DNA of 64,000 bases, from contig CM075990.1 in NCBI GenBank assembly GCA_038087875.1, positions 992,001-1,056,000 of the forward strand. The letters run 5' to 3'. The notes beneath the pieces were generated by a model that did no database searches, was not told the origin of the DNA, and worked only from the letters and a program-made list of their open reading frames with translations. How positions within the stretch are numbered: position 1 is the stretch's first letter; every line of letters begins with the position of its first letter. This document shows positions 46,755 through 60,315 of this stretch, piece by piece. A program made the position numbers and the translations under genes. This stretch comes from Malacoraja senta (lineage: Eukaryota).

Positions 46755-48585
46755 AAAAGAAGACTAGGAGGGATCTATTACAAGTCTCAGGTCAAATCAA
46801 ATTTATCTGGACAATAGAAATAACCAGAGTGAATCCAATGTTGATGGAGAGACAGAATGTTGAGTCAAACCTCAATCAAATGGAGAAACTAAAGTTGCTG
46901 GAAATACTGAGCAGGTCAGACAATATATGTGGAGAAAAAAGCAGTTTGAGCGCTGATCTTTTATCAGAACCAAGTTAGATAGTGAGCATGTTTACGTTTA
47001 GAGGAAGGAAAGGTTGAGAAAACAAAGGGGAAAAAAATGTGTTGTATATCTGAGACCGAATCATGCAAATAGTGGTGAGCTGGCAGTGTGGGTAATCGAG
47101 GTTTGCCAATCAACTGCTTTCTGGAGGAAGTGTTGATGGAGGGAGATGAATGAGGACAGGAGAGCACTGAAACAATAATTGGTGGGATTGAGGTAAACAG
47201 CACAGCTCCTACTGGAAGTCTGGGAATATAACATAGCACAGTACAACACAGGAACAAAGCCTTTAGCCCACAAAGTCCATGCCGAACTTGATGCCAAGTT
47301 AAACTAATCTCGGCCTGCACGTAATCCATATCCCTCCATTCCCTGCTTATCCATGTACTTATCTGAAAGGCTCTTAAACGCCACGATTGTATCTGCCTCC
47401 ACAGCACCCTGCAGTGTACCATTCTCTGAGTAAATACTTGCTCTGCACATCTCCTTTCAAAGTTTTTCCTCTCACCTTATAGATATGCCCTCTAGTCTTT
47501 GACATTTTCACCCTAGGGGGAAAAGGTGAGAAATTTCCAGCAATTTCTGTTTTCATTGCAGTTATCCAAGACCTGCAGGTTTTTGCTTTACAATCAAGAA
47601 GCATGATGCATTCCAATGAAAAGCTGCCACTTTGATAGGTTTTAATGACTCTGACCATTCACACTGTTCACCTATAGCTGAAGCTACAGATGCTATGCAA
47701 TATTTACCAAGGCTTTTTTAATAGGATTTGCCAAACTCCCATTATATTGGAGGACAAAGTCAACAATTGTCTGGAATTATTATTGCCACCCTCTCCAAGC
47801 CAAACATTATCCCGACTTAAAAATCTCATGATTTCTCTTAGCTGTTGTGTCACTGCATGATGCTCCACCCAATACCATTGTATTTCCTGTAAGCACTTCC
47901 ACAGGTTAGCAAGCAGTCCACCTCTGTCATGTTCCATTGATTTGCTGTCCAATTTTTCAAAAATCCTCGTGTTTCAGCACCTGACTTGCCAGGTTTATTG
48001 CCCCTCCCTTGCTTGAAGCTTGCCTGCGCCCCTAATTCATGTCCTCCCATTAAACATACACGGTTCTCTGGAACATGTATTGTGTAACATCTTAAAAATA
48101 AAGATAGACACAAAATGCTGGAGTCCCGACAGGCAGCATCTCTGGAGAAAAACAATAGGTAACCTTTCGGGTCGAGACCCTTCTTCAGACATAGAGTCAG
48201 GGGAGATGGAAATGCGAGATATAGGATGAATGAAAGATATGCAAATTCAACGAGACATAAAATGTCACCTATTCCATCCGTCCAGAGATGCGGCCTGACC
48301 TGCTGAGTTACTCCAGCATTTTGTGTCCATCTTTGGTGTAAACCAGTATCTGCAGTTCCTTCCTACACATCTTAAAAATATATAATAGCGTCCTGAAATA
48401 TTAAATAGGACAAAACTGAATTTCACTGTAGTTTTGTACATGTGACAAATAAAGTACCATCGACAATACCATTATGTAATATTCATTCGTCCAAGAAATC
48501 TGCCAGAGTGGTCCCACCAAAATCGCAATCATGTTGGATTGTTAACGTTTTAGTACACTACCTTCTTAAGGGAAATTGAGGCCGT

Positions 48586-48879
48586 TGTGGCGGCAGCCTA
48601 TACACGGGCCACTTATGCTCGAACCCTCGTCAGGAAGTACGAGGGCGGGCACGTGACGTCATGGGCTAGAGGGAGTGTCCTGGTACTTAAGGTCATCTCA
48701 CCTCGAGACCACCAGGTGTTCAACCGGTAGCTGAGCCCGAGGGAACAACCTCGCTCAGCTTCAGCAACAACATTAATAATAGTTAGCGCACCAACCTAAT
48801 GTGTCGACGCTTGAATAAACAACTGTTTGAACCGGCCTGACAGGTCTCCTCTTTATTCACCACGTTTGGTGCCGCTACA
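48586..48879 (+). mobile_element. Solo LTR (probably Gypsy-type)
   Basis: TGTGGCGGCA...TGCCGCTACA termini, 4-bp TSD CCGT, internal AATAAA, CpG-rich. Confidence 0.8.
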
Positions 48880-49912
48880 CCGTCATTAAATGCCAATCTT
48901 AATGGTGATCCCACAATCCATGGGATAATGGGTAAAAGGAAAAATAGTTGCCCAGTCCTAGAAAAAATAGATTTCTGATTATATTATTTGTGGAATGCCA
49001 CAATAATTCAAGTAGTATACCCACTAGTTAACTTTTTAAAAATATTTACACGTGATGGACTTGAGATCCAAAGCTAATGTAATGGGGAGTTAATTTGTCT
49101 GCTCTTACAGAGGGAGTGTTTCTGAAGTAACACTTGCACATCTAGAGTAGGTGGAAGTGCAAATGGTGTTGAAAAGTGTCCAAAAGATTGGAATGTTTGT
49201 CCATTCTTTACAGTTGTGCTGTTTTACTTTACAGATATTAATTGAAGTACCATTCCTCCTTGCATTTTAACGCTTTACTAGTACATTATTTTAAATAACT
49301 AGTTCTGTTACTTTGTTGCTTTTGTTTGTAAATTTAATGACAAAGAGAAATTTAAGTAACTGTATATTCCATGGTACATTTGTTTTCCCCTCCCACCCCT
49401 AGTTTTAATCTTTTTAAAACAAAGCAATTTTCAGATACATGCCAACTGCCACGTGGAGGAGAGGCTAATTTCCCAATCACCTTGCAACATGTCAGATAAT
49501 GTTAAGCTGCAAATTAGTCTGCATTTTTAGAGATGAGATGGGAGGGGGGGGAGAAGGGGGTTCATTCACTCGATGTACCTCGCTGCTGGCTTCTGTCGTC
49601 GTCCAACATGTTGCAACAGAGTGCATCGCGTCATCGCTTCCAGGGATCGCCACGAGGAGGCTTCTGTCATGAAGAGGAGGCTTCTGTCACGAGGGGGGGG
49701 GGGGGGGAAATAAGATATAACCTAATAAAAACATTAAACCATTTTCCGGTAATGAAAGGTATTAGAAACATTGCACAGAGAAAGCAGAGAAACAAACATG
49801 AATTTTAAATGGAAAAGAAAACAGGTACATATAATTTAAAACATTTGACAGAACCAAATATCCAAACCAGTCCATAGACTTCCAATCATCACCCAGTGGA
49901 AAGATTCACTCA

Positions 49913-50243
49913 TGGCCCTGTCCCACTGTACGAGTTCATTCCAAGAGTTCTCCCGAGTTTGCCCTGATTCGAACTCGGAGATTTACGGTGATGGCCGCTC
50001 GCAGGTACTTGGGGCTCTCGTGGCCTTTTGTCAACATGTTGAAAAATCTTCACGAGTCTTCCCAAGCTTACCCGCCGTTAGCGAGTCTTCCCGAGTAACT
50101 GCCGTTAGCGTTACGAGCCGCTAAGAGACGTCCCCGAGCTCCGACGTACCCGCTACGTTCATTCTCCGTGCTTATCACAAGTTTGATTTTTTTTTAAACT
50201 CGGGAGAGCTCTTGGAATGAACTCGTACCTTGGGACAGGGCCA
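49913..50243. mobile_element. PIF/Harbinger-type MITE
   Basis: About 47-bp TIR starting TGGCCCTGTCCCA...; 3-bp TSD TCA. Confidence 0.8.
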
Positions 50244-51662
50244 TCACTCTACAGATTATGCTTTTGTTTACATTTGCAGTAAGTTCTCCAGAGAGATAGA
50301 CTGGGGAATTATCGAAAAATTAGGGAATTCATATTTTCGTGCTGGAGGACAATGCAAACTTCCCAAAGAAGGAAGGGAAGTTGAGGTGTACAAAATCATG
50401 AGAGGTGGGCGCACAGTCTCTTGCCCAGAATAGGGGAATCGAGAACCAAAAGATCCTTTGCTAGATGTTAGTCAGAACTTGGAGTTGACTGGAAAAGCAC
50501 AAATGTGACTTGATTGTTTAAGAAGCGAAGAAAATAAAAAGTGGGTAACATAGGCCTGTTAGGTTAACATCTGTTCATAAGGTGGTGGAGTCCATAATCA
50601 AGGAATAAATAGCTTAATGCAATCGACCAAATTAGCATGGATTTTTGAAAGGTAAATCCTATTTGACAAATTGTATGCGTTTGTTTGAGAATGTAACAAG
50701 CAAAATCAATAGAGCAATAGAGGCAATCTGTCTATTTAGATTTTCAGAAGGCATTTGAAAAGGTGCCTGAGGAAGGGTCTCGACCCGAAACGTCGCCGAT
50801 TTCCTTCGCTCAATAGATGCTGCCTCACCCACTGAGCTTCTCCAGCATTTTTGTCTACCTACCACTTATAAGGCTGTTGCGGAAGATGTACCTGGTATAT
50901 AACAATGCACATGGTATTAAGGGAAGTGTGTCAGTATGGATTGAAGATTAGCGATTGCGTAGTAGACAGGGCTGGATAAACAGCTCTTGCTCAAGCAGAA
51001 ATTACTTTTAATTTATGTTGATAGACAATAGCTGCAGGAGTAGGCCATTCGGCCCTTCGAGCCAGCACCGCTATTCGCCGTGACCATGGCTGATCATCCA
51101 CAATCAGTACCCCGTTCTCCCCATATCCTTTGACTCCGCTATCTTTAAGAGCTCTACCTAATTCTCTCTTGAAAGCATCCAGAGAATTGGCCCCCACTAC
51201 CTTCTGAGGCAGAGAATTCCACAGATTCACAACTCTCTGAATGTACAAAACTCACCTGGAGAAAACCCACGCAGGTCATGGGGAGAATGTACAAACTCCG
51301 TACAAAGTCAGGATCTCTGGTGCTGTAAAGCAGCAACTCTACCGCTGCGCCACCGCGCTGGCCTTTTGGAGGGCCTCCTGTATTTCTTTCTTTTAACCAC
51401 CTGCAGTTTTGCAGTTTCCTTTTGTGTACATTTAGAATATAAATGACTTTGCCCACAAGCTGTAGATCTTCTTCAAAGTGATTATATATCCGCCACCTCT
51501 GCTGATTAGCAAAAACCTGCTGTTTATTTGGGAATTCTGTTCGAAAATTTAGGATGCTTCATTTAAAATCTTTACTTTGTTATCTCATGCTGGCTGAATT
51601 GCAGAAACCTACATAGTTGCAACTGAACTGCTTGTAATTTTAATGTTCTCATTTTTTTTCAG

Positions 51663-51858
51663 TATGCAGATAAAGAAGAAGTCGTCTTGTGGATGAATAC
51701 TGTTGGACCGTACCATAACCGGCAAGAGACATACAAGTACTTTTCCCTGCCCTTTTGTGCAGGGAAGAAAAAGACTATTAACCATTATCATGAAACTTTA
51801 GGTGAAGCTCTTCAAGGAGTTGAGCTGGAGTTTAGTGGTCTTGATATCAAATTTAAAG
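51663..51858 (+). CDS. TM9SF3: TM9SF3 exon 2
   Basis: ttttttcag|[66 protein letters not shown]|gtagg, 196 nt, in frame with exon 1. Later exons are not found in this window. Confidence 0.96.
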
Positions 51859-54800
51859 GTAGGAACATTTTATTTCTATCACTTTCTTTGTTATCATTCA
51901 TGTACCTGATGGAAAATGTTAAAGGGAGGCATGGTATGGTACTTCATTTGCCATGCGTACCGAGGTACAGTGAAATTCATTTTAGTATACACTTCACAAC
52001 GTATCACTATACATAAGCACTTAGATACATGTTAAATAAGCATCTGAGATACAGTACACGTGTATAGCAGTAGCACACTGAGACAGAATAAGGAGTTGCC
52101 AGTGTGGCACCATTTTCAAGTCCCAGTTGTTGTAAGTGCACTGATATTGATCTGACCATGGTCTGTTGTCCTGGCAGCGTTGCAGGATTGGCCTGGCTAA
52201 GCATAGCCCTGGTGCCCTCTATGGCTGCAGGCTGCCTGTGGTCCACACACCCGGTCTCTTGGAGTGGCACCCAGTATAGCTGACCCCCAGGTGGCTGCAG
52301 TGCCTCCAGTGGCCCATTCCCCCGTCGAGGCAGTGGACTCCCTCCTGCAGCCAGTCTGCTTACCGGCCCTTCAGGTGAGTTGCTGCCTTACAGCGCCAGA
52401 GAACCGGGTTCAATCCTGGCTATGGGTGCTGTCTGTGTGGAGTTTGCACGTTCTCGCTGTGACCGCGTGGGTTTCCTCTGCGTGTCCGGTTTCCTCCCAC
52501 ATTCCAAAGATGTGCAAGTTTATAGGTTAATTGGTTTCTGTAAAATTCCTGTACAATTGTCGCTGGTGTGTAGGATAAAACTAGTGTACAGTGGTCGCTG
52601 GTTGGTGGGCCGAAGGGCCTGTTTCCATGCTGCATCTTTAATCTAAACTAAACACAAATGTTATTCCAGAATAAATACCTTGAGCTGGAGGATGCGGGCA
52701 AGGCTGAAAACAACTCTGATTGATACCCAGCAACAACAAAATGTATAGCCTGGTTGGTGAACCAAAGGGAAATGAAGCACCAATGGAATACTCGGCCCAG
52801 GCCTTGAAGAACTTCTCTCAGCAAAGAGATGGGCAAAGCTGGAATTTATTGGAATTTGGGGTGGGGGGGCGGAGGCATGTGTTTTAGTTCCATTTTAGTT
52901 TTGGAGATACAGCATGGAAACAGGCCCTTTAGCATTGACCATCGATTACCCGTTCACACTATTTTTACATTATCCTTCTTTCACATCCACCCCAGACACA
53001 TTTGGAGGAATTTTACAGGCTGATTAACCTACAACGACACATGCCTTTGGGATGTGGGAGGAAACTCACATAGTAATCATAATCATACTATTAGCCAAGT
53101 ATGTTTTGCATCATGCGAGGAATTTGATTTGGGGAGAATGTGCAAACTTCACAAAGCCAGCAGCTGAGAGTAAGTAAGTAAGTTTATTGGCCAAGTATTC
53201 ACATACAAGGAATTTGCCTTGGTGCTCCGCCCACAAGTAACAACATGACATACAGTGACAGTTTGAATGACTCAGAAAACACTAAACATTAATAATAATA
53301 AGACATTAATGATAAAACACCATTGATCAAGCATGTGAACCAACAAAATGCCAGATCAAAGGGACGCTACAGATTTTGGGCTGTTGAGTAGAGCAACTAC
53401 TCGTGGATAAAAACTGTTTATGTCTGGCTGTGGCAGCTTTGACAGTCTGGAGTCGCGTTCCAGAGGGAAGTGATTCAAAGAGTTTGTGGCCTGGGTGAGA
53501 GGGGTCAGAGATGATCTTGCCCGCTTGCTTCTTGACCCTTGCAGTGTACAGTTCATCAATGGAGGGAAGGTTGCAGCCGATAATCTTCTCCAATGGAGGT
53601 CAGGATTGAACCTTTGTGACAGGTGCAATAGAATGACAGTAATGAAGAAGCGTCTGAGCCTGAAAACAACACACGTGGGGCCACAAGAAACCAATCCTTC
53701 CATGTGAGGAACATTCAGCTTCAAGTTCTTGAGTAGCCATTTTAACAGCTCAGGCAGCAGCTGCTAGCTATTTTTTCATGCTCAATTTGGACATATTGCT
53801 CATGATAATTTCTTCAGGTAAATTATTGATATACGTCTTTATGAACAACCAAGGCACCCACACTGACTCAGAAGCACCCCACAGACACAGCTTCCTGTCC
53901 TGAAATTGGCCCCCTTTCTCCTTTAATCCTCATTGGCATATTACTCTTAATGCCACATGCTTTAAATTAGTTTTTTTTAAAGTTTTCGTGCCGACCAGCG
54001 ATCCCTGCACACTAACACTATCCTACACACGCTAGGGACAATTTACAATTATACCAAGCCAATCAGCCTACAAACCTGTACCTCTTTGGAATGTGGGAGG
54101 AAACTGGAGCACCCGGAGAAAACCCACACAGGTCATGGGGAGAACGTACAAACTCCGTACCGGCAGCAACTCTACCGATATACCACAGTGAAGGCCTTCT
54201 GAAGATACTCCAGTACACCGTTCAACTGATATTCCCGAAAAGCGACTAAATTTCAGCACACAAATCTTCATTCACTCTGGACATGTAGTTTGACACCATA
54301 TCGGGGGGGGGGGGGGGGTCGCTGTATTTATTTTCTCCAACGTTTCTTTATTCATTGTTCAGTCTATTGGGGACATCTGAAAAGTTTAGTTAATTATTTC
54401 CTTAATGTAGAAACCTTGCTAGCTTGGCCTTTTATTCCATGTCCTCGTCACGCGTTGGTCCTCTTCTGTTCAATTCTAAACTCTTTCCAATCGTTGAGCT
54501 TACTTTTTTTTTTAGCAAATTGATCCAATGTTTTCATAAACAAAACACACACAGTGGTGTTAAGTCTGAAGAAGGGTTTCGGCCCAAAACGTTGCCCATT
54601 TCCTTCGCTCCATAGATGCTGCTGCACCCGCTGAGTTTCTCCAGCATTTTTGTGTACCTTCGATTTTCCAGCATCTGCATTTCCTTCTTTAACACAGTGG
54701 TGTTAACCCACTGAATGACTCCAGAACTTTGTGATTTGCTCAAGATTCCCAGCATCTACAGTTCCTTGTCTCTAATGTTGTCTTTAATTTCAATTAATAG

Positions 54801-57429
54801 CCAAGTAATCTCCCACTTTTCTGATTTCATTTTTGCCCTAAAGGAATATATGTTGCTTGTTAACCATGCATCGATTATTTAAATGTTGGCAAATTGAATA
54901 TGTACTGTTATTTTTAATGTATCTTCCCAGTCAGCTGTAGCCGGCTCCTACTGCTTCCATATTTTGGAATATTCAGGTTTAAAACTCCACTTTGAATTAA
55001 GTCACTTTCAATCTTTATATAAAGCTATTGTTGTTGTCCATTGGTCACTTAACTACTAGATTATTGGGTAACCCTTCCTCGCAGCACAATAATAGATCTA
55101 AAATATTAAACTGCTGCTTAACTGTTGCATTATTTCACCTGTCACAGACATTCCCTTTGTTCACCCATTGTCCTTTCCCCATCTCCTTTACTACGTAGAC
55201 TAACTTGTTTTCTCAGTTCTGATGAAGGCTCTTTGACCTGAAATTGCAGCTCATTTTCTTTCGAATGAGCCTGCTGAGTATTGAGCTGGAAAGGGTGCAG
55301 AGAAGATTTACGAGGATGTTGTCAGGACTCAAGGGCCTGAGCTATTGAGAGCAGTTGAGCAGGTTAGGACTCTATTTCTTGGAGTGCAGGATGATGAGGG
55401 GTGATCTTCTAGAGGTGTACAAAATCATGAGAGGAATAGATTGAAGTAAACGCACAGAGTCTCTTGCCCTGAGTAGTGGAGTCGAGTACCAGAGGACATA
55501 GGTTTAACGTGAGGGGGAAAGATTTAATAGGAACCTGAGGGTAACTTTTTTACACAAAGGAATGGTGGGTATATGGAACGAGGTGCTAGAGGAAGTAGTT
55601 GAGTCAGGTTCTATCGCAATGTTTAAGAAACATTTAGACAGGTACATGGATGGGATAGGTTTAGGGGGATATGCGTCAAGCGTAGGCAGGTGGGACTAGA
55701 TGGGGCATGTTAGACAGTGTGGGCAAGTTGGGATGATGGGCCTGTCTCCACACTGTATGACCCTGACACTATTTCACAGCATTTATAGTTTTTCAACTTT
55801 CTAGCATCTGCAGATTTTTAGATTTTCACTAGTTTTAAAATTCCGCTCTTCCGTTTCTTCCTTGAGTACTGATCGAGGAATTATTTAATGTATCCCATTA
55901 TTTCGTATCTCGAGACATTATCTCTTGTAAATCTCATACACTATACTGCAAAGATTATCAAATGAAGCCATATAAGTTGAGCAAAGGACAAAGAAAAGAT
56001 ACAGTTGCATCATTAGGGTGCATTCCTGGTGCCCAAATTGTTAATCAAAGAACAATAACATTGAGGGATAGGAATAACATCAGCATAAAAGTTGCAGAGG
56101 CAGAATAGTTAAAACTTCATTCAGGAATGCTTAAGCTTCATGTGCAAGTTTACCAGAGAAGAGTATGTTAAACATTGTTTGGAAATGAAAGCGGGCAGGA
56201 AGGGGTTGTGATTCTTTTTTATTTTGTGTATTTGTGCAAAAGTTAGTTTAGTTTATTGTCACGTGTACCGAAGTACAGTGAAAAGCTTTTGAAAAAGTGA
56301 AAAGCAGTGAAAGGTTTTTAGTGGAGGATACACCAACTTTGCTAAGCTGAGCTATGATTTAACATCTTAATGAATTTTAAATAAATCTTTTAACCAAGCC
56401 CTCGTGGTAGATGTGATAGATAGGTAAAGTATCCAGGAATCTAAAGTTAGGACCAAAATAGGTTCTGTTACTGAAAGCAAAGTCAATGTAAGTAGAAGAA
56501 TATTAACAGCAGGGCTGGGCAGGTCTTGGCACATTGGTTGGTTTGTAATTTATTTCAATTATATATGGCTATTTCCATTGTGCTATTTCATTTAAGTTAA
56601 TGTCATATGATTGGAAGTAGGCCATTCAGCCCATCGAGTCTACTCTGCCAATCAATCATGGCTGAGCTATCTTTCCCTCTCAACCCTATTCTCCTGCCTT
56701 CTCCCCATAACCCCTGACACCCGTACTAATCAAGAATATGTCAATCTCGACCTTAAATACCCATTGACTTGGCCCTCATGGGCCTGTGGCAATGAATTCC
56801 ACAGATTCACCACCCTCTGACTAAAGAAATTCCTCCTCATCTTTCTAAAGGTGCATCTTTTTATTCTGAGGCTATGTCCTCTGATCCTAGACTAGTGGAA
56901 ACATCCTCCACATCCACTCTATCCGGGCCTTTCACTAATCGAGTGTCAAAGTCATTGACCATATAGTGAGGAAGTGACATATAGTGACAAAATGAGGTAA
57001 TTCCTGTCAAGTGTGCAAGATGGCATTTGTACAGTCCAAATAAGGCAAGTCAGCACATAGTTGGAAAGAGAAATGTAGACAGAGTGCATGACGACAGATC
57101 CCACTAAGTTGCTTGGTCAGTTGATAATTGGGATACTTTGTTGATTGTAGCATTAAATACAAGAGTAGGAAAACTGTTAGACTTGTAAACAAAATTAAGT
57201 AGGCGACAGCTAGAGTACAATGCATGCTTCTCCATATTAGGGCAAGTGCATGGTTGCATTAGATGGTTCAGCAGATCTGTGAGAATGTTGATAGAACTGG
57301 GGAAATGGAGGAAAGATTGCTTTGGAATAGAGAGGGACTTACTTGGCATATATGAGGGAACTAAATAGAAATGATTTATTTTAACAGATCGAAGCCAGTG
57401 GCCACAGATTTAATGTAATTTGTTGAAGG

Positions 57430-58770
57430 AATAGAGTCATGGAGTCATTGAGTGGTACAGTGTGGAAACAGGACCTTCGGCCCAACTCGCCCACACCGGC
57501 CAACAATGTCCCAGTTACCCTAGTCCCACTTGCATGCGCTTGGTCCATAACCCTCCAAACCTTTCCTATCCATGTACCTGTCCACCTGTTTCTTAAACGA
57601 TGGGATAGTCCCAGCCTCAACTACCTCCTCCGGCAGCTTGTTCCATACACCCACCATCCTCTGTGTGAAGAACTTACCCCTCGCATTCCTATTAAATCTT
57701 TTCCCCTTCACCTTGAACCTATGTCCCCTGGTCCTCGATTCCCCTACTCTGGGTAAAAGACCCTGCATCTACCCGATCTATTCATCTCATGATTTTGTAT
57801 ATCTCTATAAGATCTCCCCTCATCCTCCTACGCTCCATGGAATAGAGACCCAGCCTACTCAATCTCTCCCTATAGCTCACACCCTCTAGTCCTGGCAACA
57901 TCCTCATAAATCTTTCCTGAACCCTTTCAAGCTTGACAATATCTTTCCTATAACATGGTGCCCAGAACTGAACACAATATTTTAAATGCGGTCTCACCAA
58001 CGTCTTATACAACTGCAACATGACCTCCCAACTTCTGTCCTCAATACTCTGACTGATGAAGGCGAAAGTGCCATAAGCCTTTTTGACCACCTTATCTACC
58101 TGTGACTCGACCTTCAAGGAACCATGCACTTATACTCCTAGATCCCTCTGCTCTACAACACTACCCAGAGGCCTACCATTTACTTAGGTCCTGCCCTTGT
58201 TCGATGTCCCAAAATGCAACACCTCACATTTCTCTGTATTCCATCAATTATTCCTCTGCACACCTGGCCAATCGATCCAGATCCTGCTGCAATCGTTCAC
58301 AACCATCTTCACTATCTGTAAAACCACTCACTTGTGTACCATCAGCAAACTTGCTAATCTTGCCCTGTAGTCAAGTCAAGTTTATTTGTCACATACGCAT
58401 ACGAGATGTGCAGTGAAATGAAAAGTGGCAATGCTTGCGGATTGTGCAAAAAACCCACAAAAAATACTACAAAACTCATCCAAATCATTGATGTAGATGA
58501 CAAACAGTAACAGGCCCAGCACTGAACCCTGTGGCACACCACTAGTCACAGGCCTCCATTCTGAGAAGCAACCTTCCACCATCACCCTCTGCTTCCTTCC
58601 ATGGAACCAATTTGCTATCCATTCAGCTATCTCTCCTTGGATCCCATGAGATCTAACCATGCGGAACCTTGTCGAATGCATTATTGAAGTCCATGTACAC
58701 AACATCTACAGCTCTGCACTCATGAACTTTTTTGCTCAAGTCTTCAAAAAAAATCAATCAGATTTGTGGA
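57430..58770 (-). mobile_element. CR1-clade LINE fragment
   Basis: [10 protein letters not shown]...FVIYINDLD and LYKTLVRPHLKYCVQFWAP; same family as 39320-40955. Confidence 0.9.
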
Positions 58771-58931
58771 TTAAATAGTGGAGAGGATTTATTTCATCCC
58801 AAGGAGGACTATAATTCAAGTGCTTGCCTAGATTCGACAATGTTGTGAGAGTACCTGCCTTCACCACTCACTCAAGCAGTGCATTTCAGATTCCATCGCC
58901 ACCTGGATGAAAACCGACTTCCTCAGATTCT

Positions 58932-60315
58932 AAGGTAGACAAAAATGCTGGAGAAACTCAGCACGTGAGGCAGCATCTATGGAGCGAAGGAAATAGAGAA
59001 CGTTTCGGGTCGAGACCCTTCTTCAGACTGATGTGAGGGTGGGGGGGGGGGGCGGGGCGGGGCGGGAAGAAGAAAGGAAGAGACGGAGACAGTGGGCTGA
59101 GGGAGAGCTGGGAAGGGGAGGAGAAAGCCGGGACTACCTGAAATTAGAAAAGTGAATGTTCGTACCGCTGGGGTGTAAACTGCCCAAGCGAAATATGAGG
59201 TGCTGCTCCACCAATTTACGGTGGTCCTCACTCCGGCCACGGAGGAGGCCCAGGACAGAAAGGTCGGATTTGGAATGGGAGGGGGAGTTGAAGTGCTGAG
59301 CCACTGGGAGATCAGGTTGGTTATTGCGAACCGAGCGGAGGTGTTCGGCGAAGTGATCGCCAAGACTACGCTTGGTCTCACCGATGTGGAGCAGCTGACA
59401 CCTAGGAGCAGTAGATGCAATTAGGTGAGGTTGGAGGAGGTGCAAATGAACCTCTGCCGCACCTGGAAAGACTGCTTGGGTCCTTGAATGGAATCAAGGG
59501 GGGAGGTAAAGCAACAAGTGCAGTATTTCTTGCGGTTGCAAGGGAAAGTGCCAGGAGAGGGGTGGTTTGGGTGGGAAGGGACGAATTGACCAGAGAGTTA
59601 CGGAGGGAGCAGTCTCTGCGGAAAGCAGACAGGGGAGGAGATGGGAAGATGTGGCCAGTGGTGGGATCCCGTTGGAAGTGGCGAAAATGTCAGAGGATTA
59701 TTTGTTGTATGTGACGGCTGGTAGGGTGGAAGGTGAGGACTCTGTCCTTGTTACGAGTGGGGGGATGGGGAGTGAGAGCAGAGTTACGGGGTATAGAGAG
59801 TCCCTGGTGAGAGCCTCATCTATAGTAGAAGAGGGGAACCCCTGTTCCCTGAAGAATGAGGACATCTCCGATGCCCTGGTGTGGAACTCCTCATCCTGGG
59901 TGCAGATGCGGCGTAGATGGAGGTATTGGGAGTAGGGGATGGAGTCCTTACAGGAAGCAGGGTGGGAAGAAGTGTAGTCCAGATAGCCATGGGAGTCAGT
60001 GGGTTTATAGTAGATGTCGGTCAGTAGTCTATCACCTGTGATGGAGAGAGTGAGGTCTAGAAATGGTAGCGAAATGGTCCAGGTGTATTTGAGTGCCGAA
60101 TGGAAGTTAGTGGTGAAATGGATGAAGTCAGTGAGTTGTGTATGGGTGCAGGAGGTAGCACCAATGCAGTCGTCGATGCAGCGGAGGTAGAGTTCGGGGA
60201 TAGGGCCATGGTACGCCTCGAACTAAGATTGTTCGACGTACCCTATAAAGAGGCAGGCATAGCTTGGGCCCATGCGCGTGCCCATAGCTACGCCTTGTAT
60301 TGGGAGGAAATGGGC
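58932..60315 (-). mobile_element. Penelope-like retroelement (RT C-terminus, GIY-YIG endonuclease and pseudo-LTR), degraded
   Basis: Minus-strand QGVAMGTRMGPSYACLF...CIDD and HIGETKRSLGDHFAEH...VAQHFN...HPSGTNIHFSNFR*, followed by a terminal repeat containing CTGAAGA...GAAAC. Confidence 0.9.
58999..59026 (-). ncRNA. Hammerhead-like core in the Penelope pseudo-LTR
   Basis: Reverse complement is CTGAAGAAGGGTCTCGACCCGAAACGTT. Confidence 0.5.
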
